A stretch of 32,000 bases of DNA from Roseateles microcysteis (GCF_036880965.1 NZ_JBAJMV010000002.1:191707-223706), one strand, 5' to 3'; shown: positions 18,493 to 24,639, counted from the stretch's first letter. Translations and numbers: made by a program. The notes: generated from the letters alone by a model not told the origin.

Positions 18493-18678
18493 ATGAACAA
18501 GAACCTCGTTCGCGGCCTGGTTGCCGCTGGTGCCCTGGTTGCCGCTGGCGCTTCGCAAGCTGCAACGGACCTGACCGCCATCACTGGCGCGGGTACTGAA
18601 ATCGCGGCTGTGGGTGGCGCGGTGTTCGTTGTGATGGTCGGCATCAAGCTGGTCAAGTGGATCCGCCGCGCCCTGTAA
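18493..18678 (+). CDS. Major coat protein (pVIII-like) precursor
   Basis: 61 aa with RBS GGAGA. Signal peptide MNKNLVRGLVAAGALVAAGASQA, then a short N-terminal segment, a Gly/Ala/Val TM helix and a basic C-terminus KLVKWIRRAL. This is the classic inovirus coat architecture. Confidence 0.85.
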   Translation: MNKNLVRGLVAAGALVAAGASQAATDLTAITGAGTEIAAVGGAVFVVMVGIKLVKWIRRAL

Positions 18679-18691
18679 GCGCAGCTGGTCC

Positions 18692-18709
18692 GGCCCTTCG
18701 GGGCCTTTT
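18692..18709 (+). terminator. Short hairpin terminator after the coat gene
   Basis: GGCCC-TTCG-GGGCC followed by TTTT, 14 nt after the coat stop codon. Inoviruses commonly attenuate transcription after gVIII. Confidence 0.5.
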
Positions 18710-18711
18710 CC

Positions 18712-18727
18712 AATTCGCATGCGAAAC
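18712..18727. repeat. parS-like palindrome copy S3 (aaTTCGC-AT-GCGAAAC, 12/14)
   Basis: Contains the 12-bp perfect palindrome TTCGCATGCGAA. Lies between the coat terminator and the pIII-like start. Confidence 0.6.
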
Positions 18728-18790
18728 GTGCGCATTGCAAAAGAGGCAAGTCATGGGAATTTGGGTATGTGTCGCGCTGCTGGGGGGTCT

Positions 18791-20248
18791 ATGGATCGTG
18801 CTTCGCGATTAGTCGCTTGTGTCATGGTGTGGGCGCTTCTAGCGTTTGCGCTGGTGGCGCTTTGCTCGCCGGCCTATGCCATAGGGCTTGCTTCGCGTGA
18901 AACCGTGACGACGTATGTAGGTAAGTGCAGTTCGTCGAGCGTTGCCGACGTAACCTCTTCTTCGTCTGCCGGTGCGACGGCCGCGTGTCTTGCTAATTGG
19001 ACTTGGACGGGCTCCGTCTACATTAACGGCTGCACGCGGGCTGTCACGCATGTGGCCTTCATTCATCACGTCGACGCCCTTAGCACGCCTGGAAATTTCA
19101 GGCATTTCATTTACGCCAATCGGACGTATGCCACGCCTGGGACGTGCCAGCCGCAGCCGGCAGACGTGGCGCAGTTTGGGCATGTGGACGTGCTAGCGAC
19201 GACGGCAACGAGTTGCGTTTCGGGCTCGTCACTTATCGCCGGGACCACGGACAAATGTCAGTGCGATCTTGGGCAGAAGCCTGACCCCGCAAACCCCGGT
19301 AAGTGCGTGCCTTACACATGCGCGGCGCCTGGCACGTACTCGGCTGTCACTCAGCCGGACCAACTCGTGCCAAATGCTGGCGATCTGCAATGCGATCAGG
19401 GCTGCGAGAACAAGCCGTCAAGCTGGAAGGCTGGCGCGGACGGCAAGATATGGGCTACGTGGCCGTTTGTGTCTACCGGGAAGACCTGCGGCGGCGCTAA
19501 GTCGGCAACGGCACCGGCTTACGACACGGGGGATTTGAATAATCTCAATCCTGCGCCCGTTGCGTGTCCGGCGAATCAATGTCCGGGCTCAGTTAACGGC
19601 ACAAATGTTTGTGTGGCCTGTTCTGGAACCAAGGTCGAAGGGCCTAGCACGGCTGCGAGTGGCACCACGCCGGCCAATGATGGCTCGGGGTCGATCAAGT
19701 CCGAGAACAAAACAACCGAGTGCACGGGCACCAGTTGCACGACGACGACCACGTACAAAGACGCGAGTGGAAACACAGTCGGCACCAAGACGGAAACCAA
19801 GGATCAGAAGTCCTTCTGTCAGGAGAATCCGACTCTGAGCATCTGCAAAGAATCCGCTTTTGGCGGTAATTGTGCGGGTGGCTTCACCTGTAACGGGGAC
19901 GGCGTGCAATGCGCGCTCGCTCGCGAAGTGCACCGGAACAACTGCGAATGGGCGAAGCAAGACCCGGGCATGAAAGGCGCATGGGATAGCGCCGTCGCAA
20001 ATGCCGGCCAGGCTCAACCCCCAGGGCATCCAGGCGCAGAAGGTGAAGTTACGTCTATGTCGTTCGCGTCTGCCATTGATCAAACAAACCGCCTGGGTGG
20101 CGGCTGTCCCTCGGATGTGTCTATTTCCTACGCTGGCAGAAGCTGGGTAATTCCATGGTCCCAGCACTGCGACAAGCTGCAACTAATCGGTAATTTGATG
20201 GTGTCCGTCTGCATGCTTGCGGCTGCCTTCATCGTCTTTAGGAACTGA
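18791..20248 (+). CDS. Minor coat / host-attachment protein (pIII-like)
   Basis: ATG at 18791 with a G-rich RBS. Signal peptide MDRASRLVACVMVWALLAFALVALCSPAYA, Cys-rich domains separated by Thr/Ser/Gly linkers, and a C-terminal membrane anchor LIGNLMVSVCMLAAAFIVFRN. Sits between the coat and pVI-like genes. Confidence 0.7.
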   Translation: MDRASRLVACVMVWALLAFALVALCSPAYAIGLASRETVTTYVGKCSSSSVADVTSSSSAGATAACLANWTWTGSVYINGCTRAVTHVAFIHHVDALSTPGNFRHFIYANRTYATPGTCQPQPADVAQFGHVDVLATTATSCVSGSSLIAGTTDKCQCDLGQKPDPANPGKCVPYTCAAPGTYSAVTQPDQLVPNAGDLQCDQGCENKPSSWKAGADGKIWATWPFVSTGKTCGGAKSATAPAYDTGDLNNLNPAPVACPANQCPGSVNGTNVCVACSGTKVEGPSTAASGTTPANDGSGSIKSENKTTECTGTSCTTTTTYKDASGNTVGTKTETKDQKSFCQENPTLSICKESAFGGNCAGGFTCNGDGVQCALAREVHRNNCEWAKQDPGMKGAWDSAVANAGQAQPPGHPGAEGEVTSMSFASAIDQTNRLGGGCPSDVSISYAGRSWVIPWSQHCDKLQLIGNLMVSVCMLAAAFIVFRN

Positions 20249-20249
20249 T

Positions 20250-20552
20250 ATGCCAGCACTACTTATCGCGGCCCTTTGGGGTGGTCTGATTCAGGTTCTA
20301 GGTACGCTCGTCGGTAAGGTGCTGGTGTCCCTTGGCATCGGTTATGCCGTTTTCTCGGGGGTCGATACCTCGATCACCTGGGCACGCGATTACGTCATTT
20401 CGCAGATTTCGGCGCAGCACGCCCAGACCGTGGCAGCCGCAAGCGCCTGTAAGGTCGGGGTGTGCATCTCGATTCTTACTAGCGCGCTAGTGGCACGGCT
20501 GACCATCAACGGCCTAACGGGTGGCAGCCTGAAGCGCTTCAAGGTGAAATAG
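20250..20552 (+). CDS. pVI-like minor coat protein (DUF2523-like)
   Basis: 100-aa multi-TM protein MPALLIAALWGGLIQVLGTLVGKVLVSLGIGYAVFSG, starting 1 nt after the pIII-like stop. Size, hydrophobicity and position match the DUF2523 proteins that precede zot in inoviruses. Confidence 0.65.
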   Translation: MPALLIAALWGGLIQVLGTLVGKVLVSLGIGYAVFSGVDTSITWARDYVISQISAQHAQTVAAASACKVGVCISILTSALVARLTINGLTGGSLKRFKVK

Positions 20553-20561
20553 GGCGGGGCG

Positions 20562-20577
20562 GTTTCGCTTGCGAAAC
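20562..20577. repeat. parS-like palindrome copy S4 (GTTTCGC-TT-GCGAAAC, perfect)
   Basis: Perfect arms, in the 24-nt gap between the convergent pVI-like and zot stops. Overlaps the last base of the zot TAG stop. It is the reverse complement of S2, with identity extending over 19 nt (GTAGTTTCGCAAGCGAAAC). Confidence 0.75.
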
Positions 20578-21566
20578 TACTCGACCTTTCGCTCGTTGTG
20601 TGTCGGCACGGCGTGCACTGCCTGCTGCTGCCAGGCGATGAAGAACCCGCCATCAGCAATGCGCCTACACAGGTCCTCCACCATTTCTAGCGCCGTTCCC
20701 TGCTGGCTGTAGCACCTGCACTTGTCTTTGTTGGCAATGCAGGCCGCAGGGTAGGGCGCCTGCGTCGGTTTCGTCACTTCGTCGTAAATTGGCGCGGTGT
20801 GGGGCAGGCCGTCAACGCGGGGCGTGTGGGCCTGCGCATATTGAACCGGCGTTAGTGTCTCGCGCTGGGCTGGCCGCTGGTTATTGCCTCCCATGGATTG
20901 GCGTTGGTCGGCAGTTATGCCTGCCTGTGCATCCATCCGCGCTTGTACGTTTTCTGGCTTCATCCGGTGGTACGCAAACCAGACAAGTGCGGCTAGAACT
21001 ACAGGCAGGGCTAGCAGGATCCAAACGCGCATGGGAATGCGCCGTTTCACCGTGTGAAGCTCTGCCGACTGGTACAGGTCAAAAACGTCTTTCGGATACT
21101 TCCACTCATGGCGGATCGATCCATCGCGGCTCGATGCGACGTTCTCTTTTACGCCGTTCGGGAATTCATGGATCGTCGCTCTGTGCGTGCCGAACTTGCG
21201 CACTACGTGAAAATGCCGGTCCACCAGACGCCGGACAAAGCTGTCCATCAGCATCGGGTTTTGCGTGATGACGACGAAATCCAGCCCCAGGTGGCGATGG
21301 GTTGCTAGGTTGTTGATATGTGGCGGCGGCTCGCCTCGGCCACGAACCGGAAACGGTTTCTGGCACTCGTCGATGACCATGATTGCGCCAGCTGGGAGCT
21401 TTTCCCAATCCTCGGCCGGCCACTCTTGCCATCCGGGGATATTCAGGCCGCGAATGCTGTTGTGAAAGACCGGCCGTCCTTCCTTGATGGCCGAGTCTTT
21501 CCACCGGGCGAGCGCATACAAGGTCTTGCCGTGGCCTGGCAGGCCGGTGATGAGCGTAATCGGCAT
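20577..21566 (-). CDS. zot: Zot / pI-like phage assembly P-loop NTPase
   Basis: MPITLITGLPGHGKTLYAL Walker A, VIDECQ Walker B, central TM VWILLALPVVLAALVWFAY and a Cys-containing C-terminal domain. The ATG at 21566 is 1 nt after the parB-like stop. It is on the opposite strand to all other morphogenesis genes. Confidence 0.85.
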   Translation of the reverse strand: MPITLITGLPGHGKTLYALARWKDSAIKEGRPVFHNSIRGLNIPGWQEWPAEDWEKLPAGAIMVIDECQKPFPVRGRGEPPPHINNLATHRHLGLDFVVITQNPMLMDSFVRRLVDRHFHVVRKFGTHRATIHEFPNGVKENVASSRDGSIRHEWKYPKDVFDLYQSAELHTVKRRIPMRVWILLALPVVLAALVWFAYHRMKPENVQARMDAQAGITADQRQSMGGNNQRPAQRETLTPVQYAQAHTPRVDGLPHTAPIYDEVTKPTQAPYPAACIANKDKCRCYSQQGTALEMVEDLCRRIADGGFFIAWQQQAVHAVPTHNERKVE

Positions 21567-21567
21567 G

Positions 21568-22407
21568 TCAGACCTCGGCGCCGTCGATCTGTTCGCGGAT
21601 CCAGTCGTGTCCGCCGAGTGCTTGCAGCTTGCGGAACTGTTCCGGCGATAGGTCAAGCTGCACCTTATTGAACAATTCGGTCTGTTCTTCGCTTTCGTCG
21701 GTGCCTTCGTCGTCTGCCTGTTCTGCGGCGGCTTCGTCCACCGGATCCGCCTTCAGTTTCGCAAGCGAAGCGCGAACGTCTGCGCGGGCCAGCTGCTCAT
21801 TCATGGCGCGGGTGAGGAGGGCGTTAAGCACTCGCGGCGCGTCTTCGTTCTTGCTCTTGGCAATCTGATTGAGCGTATGCAGAATTTCGACATCGTTCAC
21901 GGCATCGCTGTCGATCAGCGTGCGGACGCGGCTGTCAAAACTCGGGCTTGTCAATGCAAGGTGTTTGCTCACCCATGCCGGCGACTTGTTCACGCGCTTC
22001 GCGACCTCGGCGGGCTTCTTGTAAACGTTGAACAGCTTGCGCACGCCGTCTGCGGTGTCGGCCAGGTTCAAGCCTTCGCGTTGCAGGTTCTCGGCCAGCT
22101 GCACCTCAGTGATGGCGACGGGCTCCTGGTCGACGATCATTGCCGGGATGCGCTCCAGCTTTGCCAGGCGAGCGGCTGCGGTGCGGCGGTGACCATACAA
22201 GACGATGAAGCCTTCATCGGCTTCGGGATCGCGGCGGATCACGATAGGCTGCAAGACGCCATATTGCTGGATCGATTCGGCCAGCTGGCGCAGGCTCTCT
22301 TTGTCGAACCCGTTTCGCGTGCGAATCTGTTCGTGGGTGGTGATGAGGGAAAGCGGAACCAGCTTGACGGCGGCGAGGTCGGCGACTGCATGAGTAGCGG
22401 TGTTCAT
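21568..22407 (-). CDS. ParB/KorB-family protein (N-terminal ParB/Srx domain plus HTH); no cognate ParA
   Basis: ATG at 22407 with AGGAGA 7 nt upstream. Motifs LQPIVIR, YGHRRTAAARLAKLERIPAMIV (the GxRR arginine patch) and HTH PAEVAKRVNKSPAWVSKHLALT. Acidic C-terminal tail. Confidence 0.8.
   Translation of the reverse strand: MNTATHAVADLAAVKLVPLSLITTHEQIRTRNGFDKESLRQLAESIQQYGVLQPIVIRRDPEADEGFIVLYGHRRTAAARLAKLERIPAMIVDQEPVAITEVQLAENLQREGLNLADTADGVRKLFNVYKKPAEVAKRVNKSPAWVSKHLALTSPSFDSRVRTLIDSDAVNDVEILHTLNQIAKSKNEDAPRVLNALLTRAMNEQLARADVRASLAKLKADPVDEAAAEQADDEGTDESEEQTELFNKVQLDLSPEQFRKLQALGGHDWIREQIDGAEV
21756..21771. repeat. parS-like palindrome copy S5 (GTTTCGC-AA-GCGAAgC, 13/14)
   Basis: One mismatch. 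Lies inside the 3' part of the parB-like gene. Confidence 0.6.
22312..22327. repeat. parS-like palindrome copy S6 (GTTTCGC-GT-GCGAAtC, 13/14)
   Basis: One mismatch. Lies inside the 5' part of the parB-like gene. Confidence 0.6.
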
Positions 22408-22545
22408 GTGCGAATCTCCTGAAGTGAGGCGCCCGGGATGGGATACCTTCAGAAGATGCTTCCTCGCTCCCGCCTTGGGGCGGGCGGGGGGTGGGGGCGT
22501 CGCGCTAACGTACAAAAGGGCGCAGCTGCCGCTACACCCGATTAA

Positions 22546-22597
22546 AAAACACCCCCATCGCGCCCCTCGCTCTGCATGGGGACGATGGGGGTGTTTT
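22546..22597 (-). terminator. Long perfect hairpin: terminator of the upstream HTH gene and/or a phage ssDNA structural signal
   Basis: 15-bp perfect inverted repeat AAAACACCCCCATCG / CGATGGGGGTGTTTT around a 22-nt loop that has an internal CCCC/GGGG pairing. Flanked by an A-run and a T-run, so it reads as stem plus U-tract on both strands. Lies in the largest noncoding gap of the prophage (22408-22705). Confidence 0.5.
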
Positions 22598-22705
22598 CAG
22601 GGTGTTGCGGTGGCTGAGCCCTTTTGAGGCTGTCCAGGCCTGGCGCCCGGCGATGACCGTGACACAAAGCCTGCGACTGGCGCGGGCATTGCAGCCAGGC
22701 CGGGT

Positions 22706-23155
22706 TTACCGTGAGGCGGTGGCAGCTGGTGCGATAGGGATCGTTACCCGGACGGGCCGAGATCCTCGAGGAGCTTGGTGGCGAAGCCATAGAGCCCGGC
22801 CCGAAGGGATCGCCGGTCCTGCGTCGTTGGCGCATCCGAAGTCGGCGATTCGGGCCAGCTGCGCGAGCTGGGCGCGTAGACGGCGGTTCTCTGACTTCTC
22901 GGCCATGGCCTGGCTGTACATCATCTTCGCCTGATTTTCGGCGTCGGCATTGGCCGCGGATCGGCCCCAGCGTGTGAGCCAGAACAGCGCGAGCAATACG
23001 GGGCGCGGCGCGAAATTTTCGCGGCGGTAGGTCTGCACGGTGCGGACGGAAATCCCGAGCGCCTTGGCGATCGCGGCGTTTGAGGGCTGGCCGAGGTCGT
23101 CCAGGATCTGGCAGAAGTCGGGCGTACAGGTCGGGCTAGGCAATTTGTGGGGCAT
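22706..23155 (-). CDS. HTH protein, candidate XafT-like (HTH + DUF3653-like) Xer activation factor, inovirus copy
   Basis: ATG at 23155 preceded by AAGG. HTH AAIAKALGISVRTVQTYRR followed by APRPVLLALFWLTRWG. About 40% identical over roughly 100 aa to the divergent ORF at 23314-23781. Confidence 0.55.
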   Translation of the reverse strand: MPHKLPSPTCTPDFCQILDDLGQPSNAAIAKALGISVRTVQTYRRENFAPRPVLLALFWLTRWGRSAANADAENQAKMMYSQAMAEKSENRRLRAQLAQLARIADFGCANDAGPAIPSGRALWLRHQAPRGSRPVRVTIPIAPAATASR

Positions 23156-23267
23156 GGCGAATACCTTCGTCAAGCCAGGCGCGCTGCCTTAGGTGTACGT
23201 CTTGCGTATTGCAAACGGGCCAGGATTCGTGCCAAGAGCCGTGCCATGTAGGCCCATTTGGCAGTTG

Positions 23268-23279
23268 ACATAATACACA
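23268..23279 (+). repeat. Direct repeat ACATAATACACA, right copy (junction between the two prophages)
   Basis: Exact copy of 14694-14705, in the context aGTTGACATAA-TACACA-ttgtcgtgaaa. Lies in the 158-nt divergent gap between the two paralogous HTH genes. Confidence 0.6.
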
Positions 23280-23313
23280 TTGTCGTGAAAAGGTAGGCAG
23301 TGTATGGTCTTCC

Positions 23314-23781
23314 ATGTTAGCGGCTACTACGAAACTCCCAAGTCAGGCAATAAGCAAAAAACCAAGTTGCCCCAGGGAGTCCGAATTGATAGCCAGCTTA
23401 AACCGCCAATCCTTGCCCGATCTGGTCACACTTCTCGCCGATCTTGGGAACCCGCCGCCACGGTGCATCGCCCGTGCGCTAGGCGTTACAGAACGAACCG
23501 CCAGGCGCTGGATTCAGGCCGAGCATGCGCCACGCGCCGCCATGCTGGCCTTGTTCTTCTGCTCGACCTGGGGGCTTTCCAGCGTCAACGCGCAGGCCGT
23601 GAACGAAGCACAGCACGCTGCGGCCATGGCCGCAGCGCTGGCCCGCGAGGTTGCGCAGTTGCGCCGCGAGCTGGCTCGGCTCGCGGCAATTGGTGAGTTC
23701 GGTTCGGCCAACGCTCCCGCGTTCAATGCCGACACGCCCGCGCAGCTCTTGCGGCGCAGGCCGATGCTCAACGGCGCTTGA
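23314..23781 (+). CDS. HTH protein, candidate XafT-like (HTH + DUF3653-like) factor, second-element copy
   Basis: RCIARALGVTERTARRWIQ HTH, then APRAAMLALFFCSTWG and a coiled REVAQLRRELARLAAIGEFG segment. Paralog of 22706-23155. An alternative TTG start at 23386 (GGAG 6 nt upstream) would match the paralog's length. Confidence 0.55.
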   Translation: MLAATTKLPSQAISKKPSCPRESELIASLNRQSLPDLVTLLADLGNPPPRCIARALGVTERTARRWIQAEHAPRAAMLALFFCSTWGLSSVNAQAVNEAQHAAAMAAALAREVAQLRRELARLAAIGEFGSANAPAFNADTPAQLLRRRPMLNGA

Positions 23782-23837
23782 AGCGGCCGTTCTTTGCTCG
23801 TGCTGGGGTCTTGCTCTTGCGCTTCTTTGCCATGGCT

Positions 23838-23996
23838 TCAGCCTTTCAGGTTGTCGATTCGTGCGTGTGCTGCGCGGGCGCTCTCCAGCGCATGCGATGC
23901 CCGTTCATTGAGCCGCGCCAGGTCGGCCCGAATGCCGGCATAGACGCTGGCAGCGAGCGCCGCCTGTGGCAGCAGTTGCAGCAGCCAGTCAGGCAT
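23838..23996 (-). CDS. Small protein (52 aa), hydrophobic N-terminus plus coiled segment; lysis-module candidate
   Basis: MPDWLLQLLPQAALAASVYAGIRADLARLNERASHALESARAAHARIDNLKG. Its ATG overlaps the upstream stop (TGATG). Below the ORF-track length cutoff. Confidence 0.4.
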   Translation of the reverse strand: MPDWLLQLLPQAALAASVYAGIRADLARLNERASHALESARAAHARIDNLKG

Positions 23997-24163
23997 CAGC
24001 TCTGCGCCTTCTCGGGCGCCAGGACGGCCACCAGGCCGGCCACGCCGGCAATGACCTGGCCGGCCAGGTCAACGGTGCCAGGCGGCAAACCGAAGATCAG
24101 GCCGAGGGCCGAGATACCGGCCCAGGTGCTGGGCTCGCGCAGGCGCTTCAAAAATTGCTTCAT
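23996..24163 (-). CDS. Small membrane protein (55 aa)
   Basis: MKQFLKRLREPSTWAGISALGLIFGLPPGTVDLAGQVIAGVAGLVAVLAPEKAQS. Two hydrophobic segments. Starts 3 nt after the upstream stop. Confidence 0.45.
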   Translation of the reverse strand: MKQFLKRLREPSTWAGISALGLIFGLPPGTVDLAGQVIAGVAGLVAVLAPEKAQS

Positions 24164-24166
24164 GGT

Positions 24167-24454
24167 TCAGCTCCAGAGGTAGGAAAGAAAGTCCTTTGCC
24201 GGACAGGCAAAGGATGCGTCCCAGGTGCGGCCCTCGGCCTTCGCCTTCTCGCACTCGGTGAGATTGGTTTCAGGGATGCCAACGGCCTTTCCGATGGCGA
24301 TGGCGCCACCTGATACGGTGCCGTCCACCAGGTCAACGGCCGCGCCGCCAATGGCCGCGCCGGCTCCCTTGAAGCCGCCCTTGTAGGCCACCCAGGCGAG
24401 CGCCAGGACGACTGCGCCGCCGGCTGCCAGGTAGACGGGTGGAATGCGCGCCAT
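24167..24454 (-). CDS. Small membrane protein (95 aa)
   Basis: N-terminal TM PPVYLAAGGAVVLALAWVAY and a Gly/Ala-rich segment. Starts 2 nt after the upstream stop. Confidence 0.55.
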   Translation of the reverse strand: MARIPPVYLAAGGAVVLALAWVAYKGGFKGAGAAIGGAAVDLVDGTVSGGAIAIGKAVGIPETNLTECEKAKAEGRTWDASFACPAKDFLSYLWS

Positions 24455-24456
24455 GG

Positions 24457-24639
24457 TCAGAAATAGACCTTCGTCGGGTCCCAGTTGGGGTTGTCGGACG
24501 GGTTGACCCGGCCGCCGCCAGCGCGCACGCCGGCCGCCGTTTTGGCGGTGCCGCCCGATGCCTTGACGATCATCCAGACAGCCACGGCGGCCAGGCCCAG
24601 GACGATGAGTTCTGTTTTCTTCATGGTCACGCCTTTCAT
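24457..24639 (-). CDS. Small membrane protein (60 aa; alternative start at 24624), holin-like candidate
   Basis: MKGVTMKKTELIVLGLAAVAVWMIVKASGG. The ATG at 24639 overlaps the SLT stop (ATGA), and a second ATG at 24624 has an AAAGG RBS. The track ORF extension to 24780 overlaps the SLT gene. Confidence 0.5.
   Translation of the reverse strand: MKGVTMKKTELIVLGLAAVAVWMIVKASGGTAKTAAGVRAGGGRVNPSDNPNWDPTKVYF

Larger units (their letters stand above)
14694..23279. mobile_element. Filamentous (Inoviridae-like) prophage, about 8.6 kb, bounded by 12-bp direct repeats; no integrase and no secretin gene
   Basis: Contiguous Rep_trans initiator, small gV-position gene, signal-peptide major coat protein, Cys/Thr-rich pIII-like protein, pVI-like protein and Zot/pI ATPase. 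G+C is visibly lower than the flank. ACATAATACACA is present at both ends. Confidence 0.85.

Noticed and set aside
18890-18903. GCTTCGCGTGAAAC, a 12/14 match to canonical parS spacing, inside the pIII-like signal-peptide region
   Set aside because: Its spacing differs from the six GTTTCGC-NN-GCGAAAC copies and its left arm is imperfect. It may be coincidental, so it is not counted in the repeat family.
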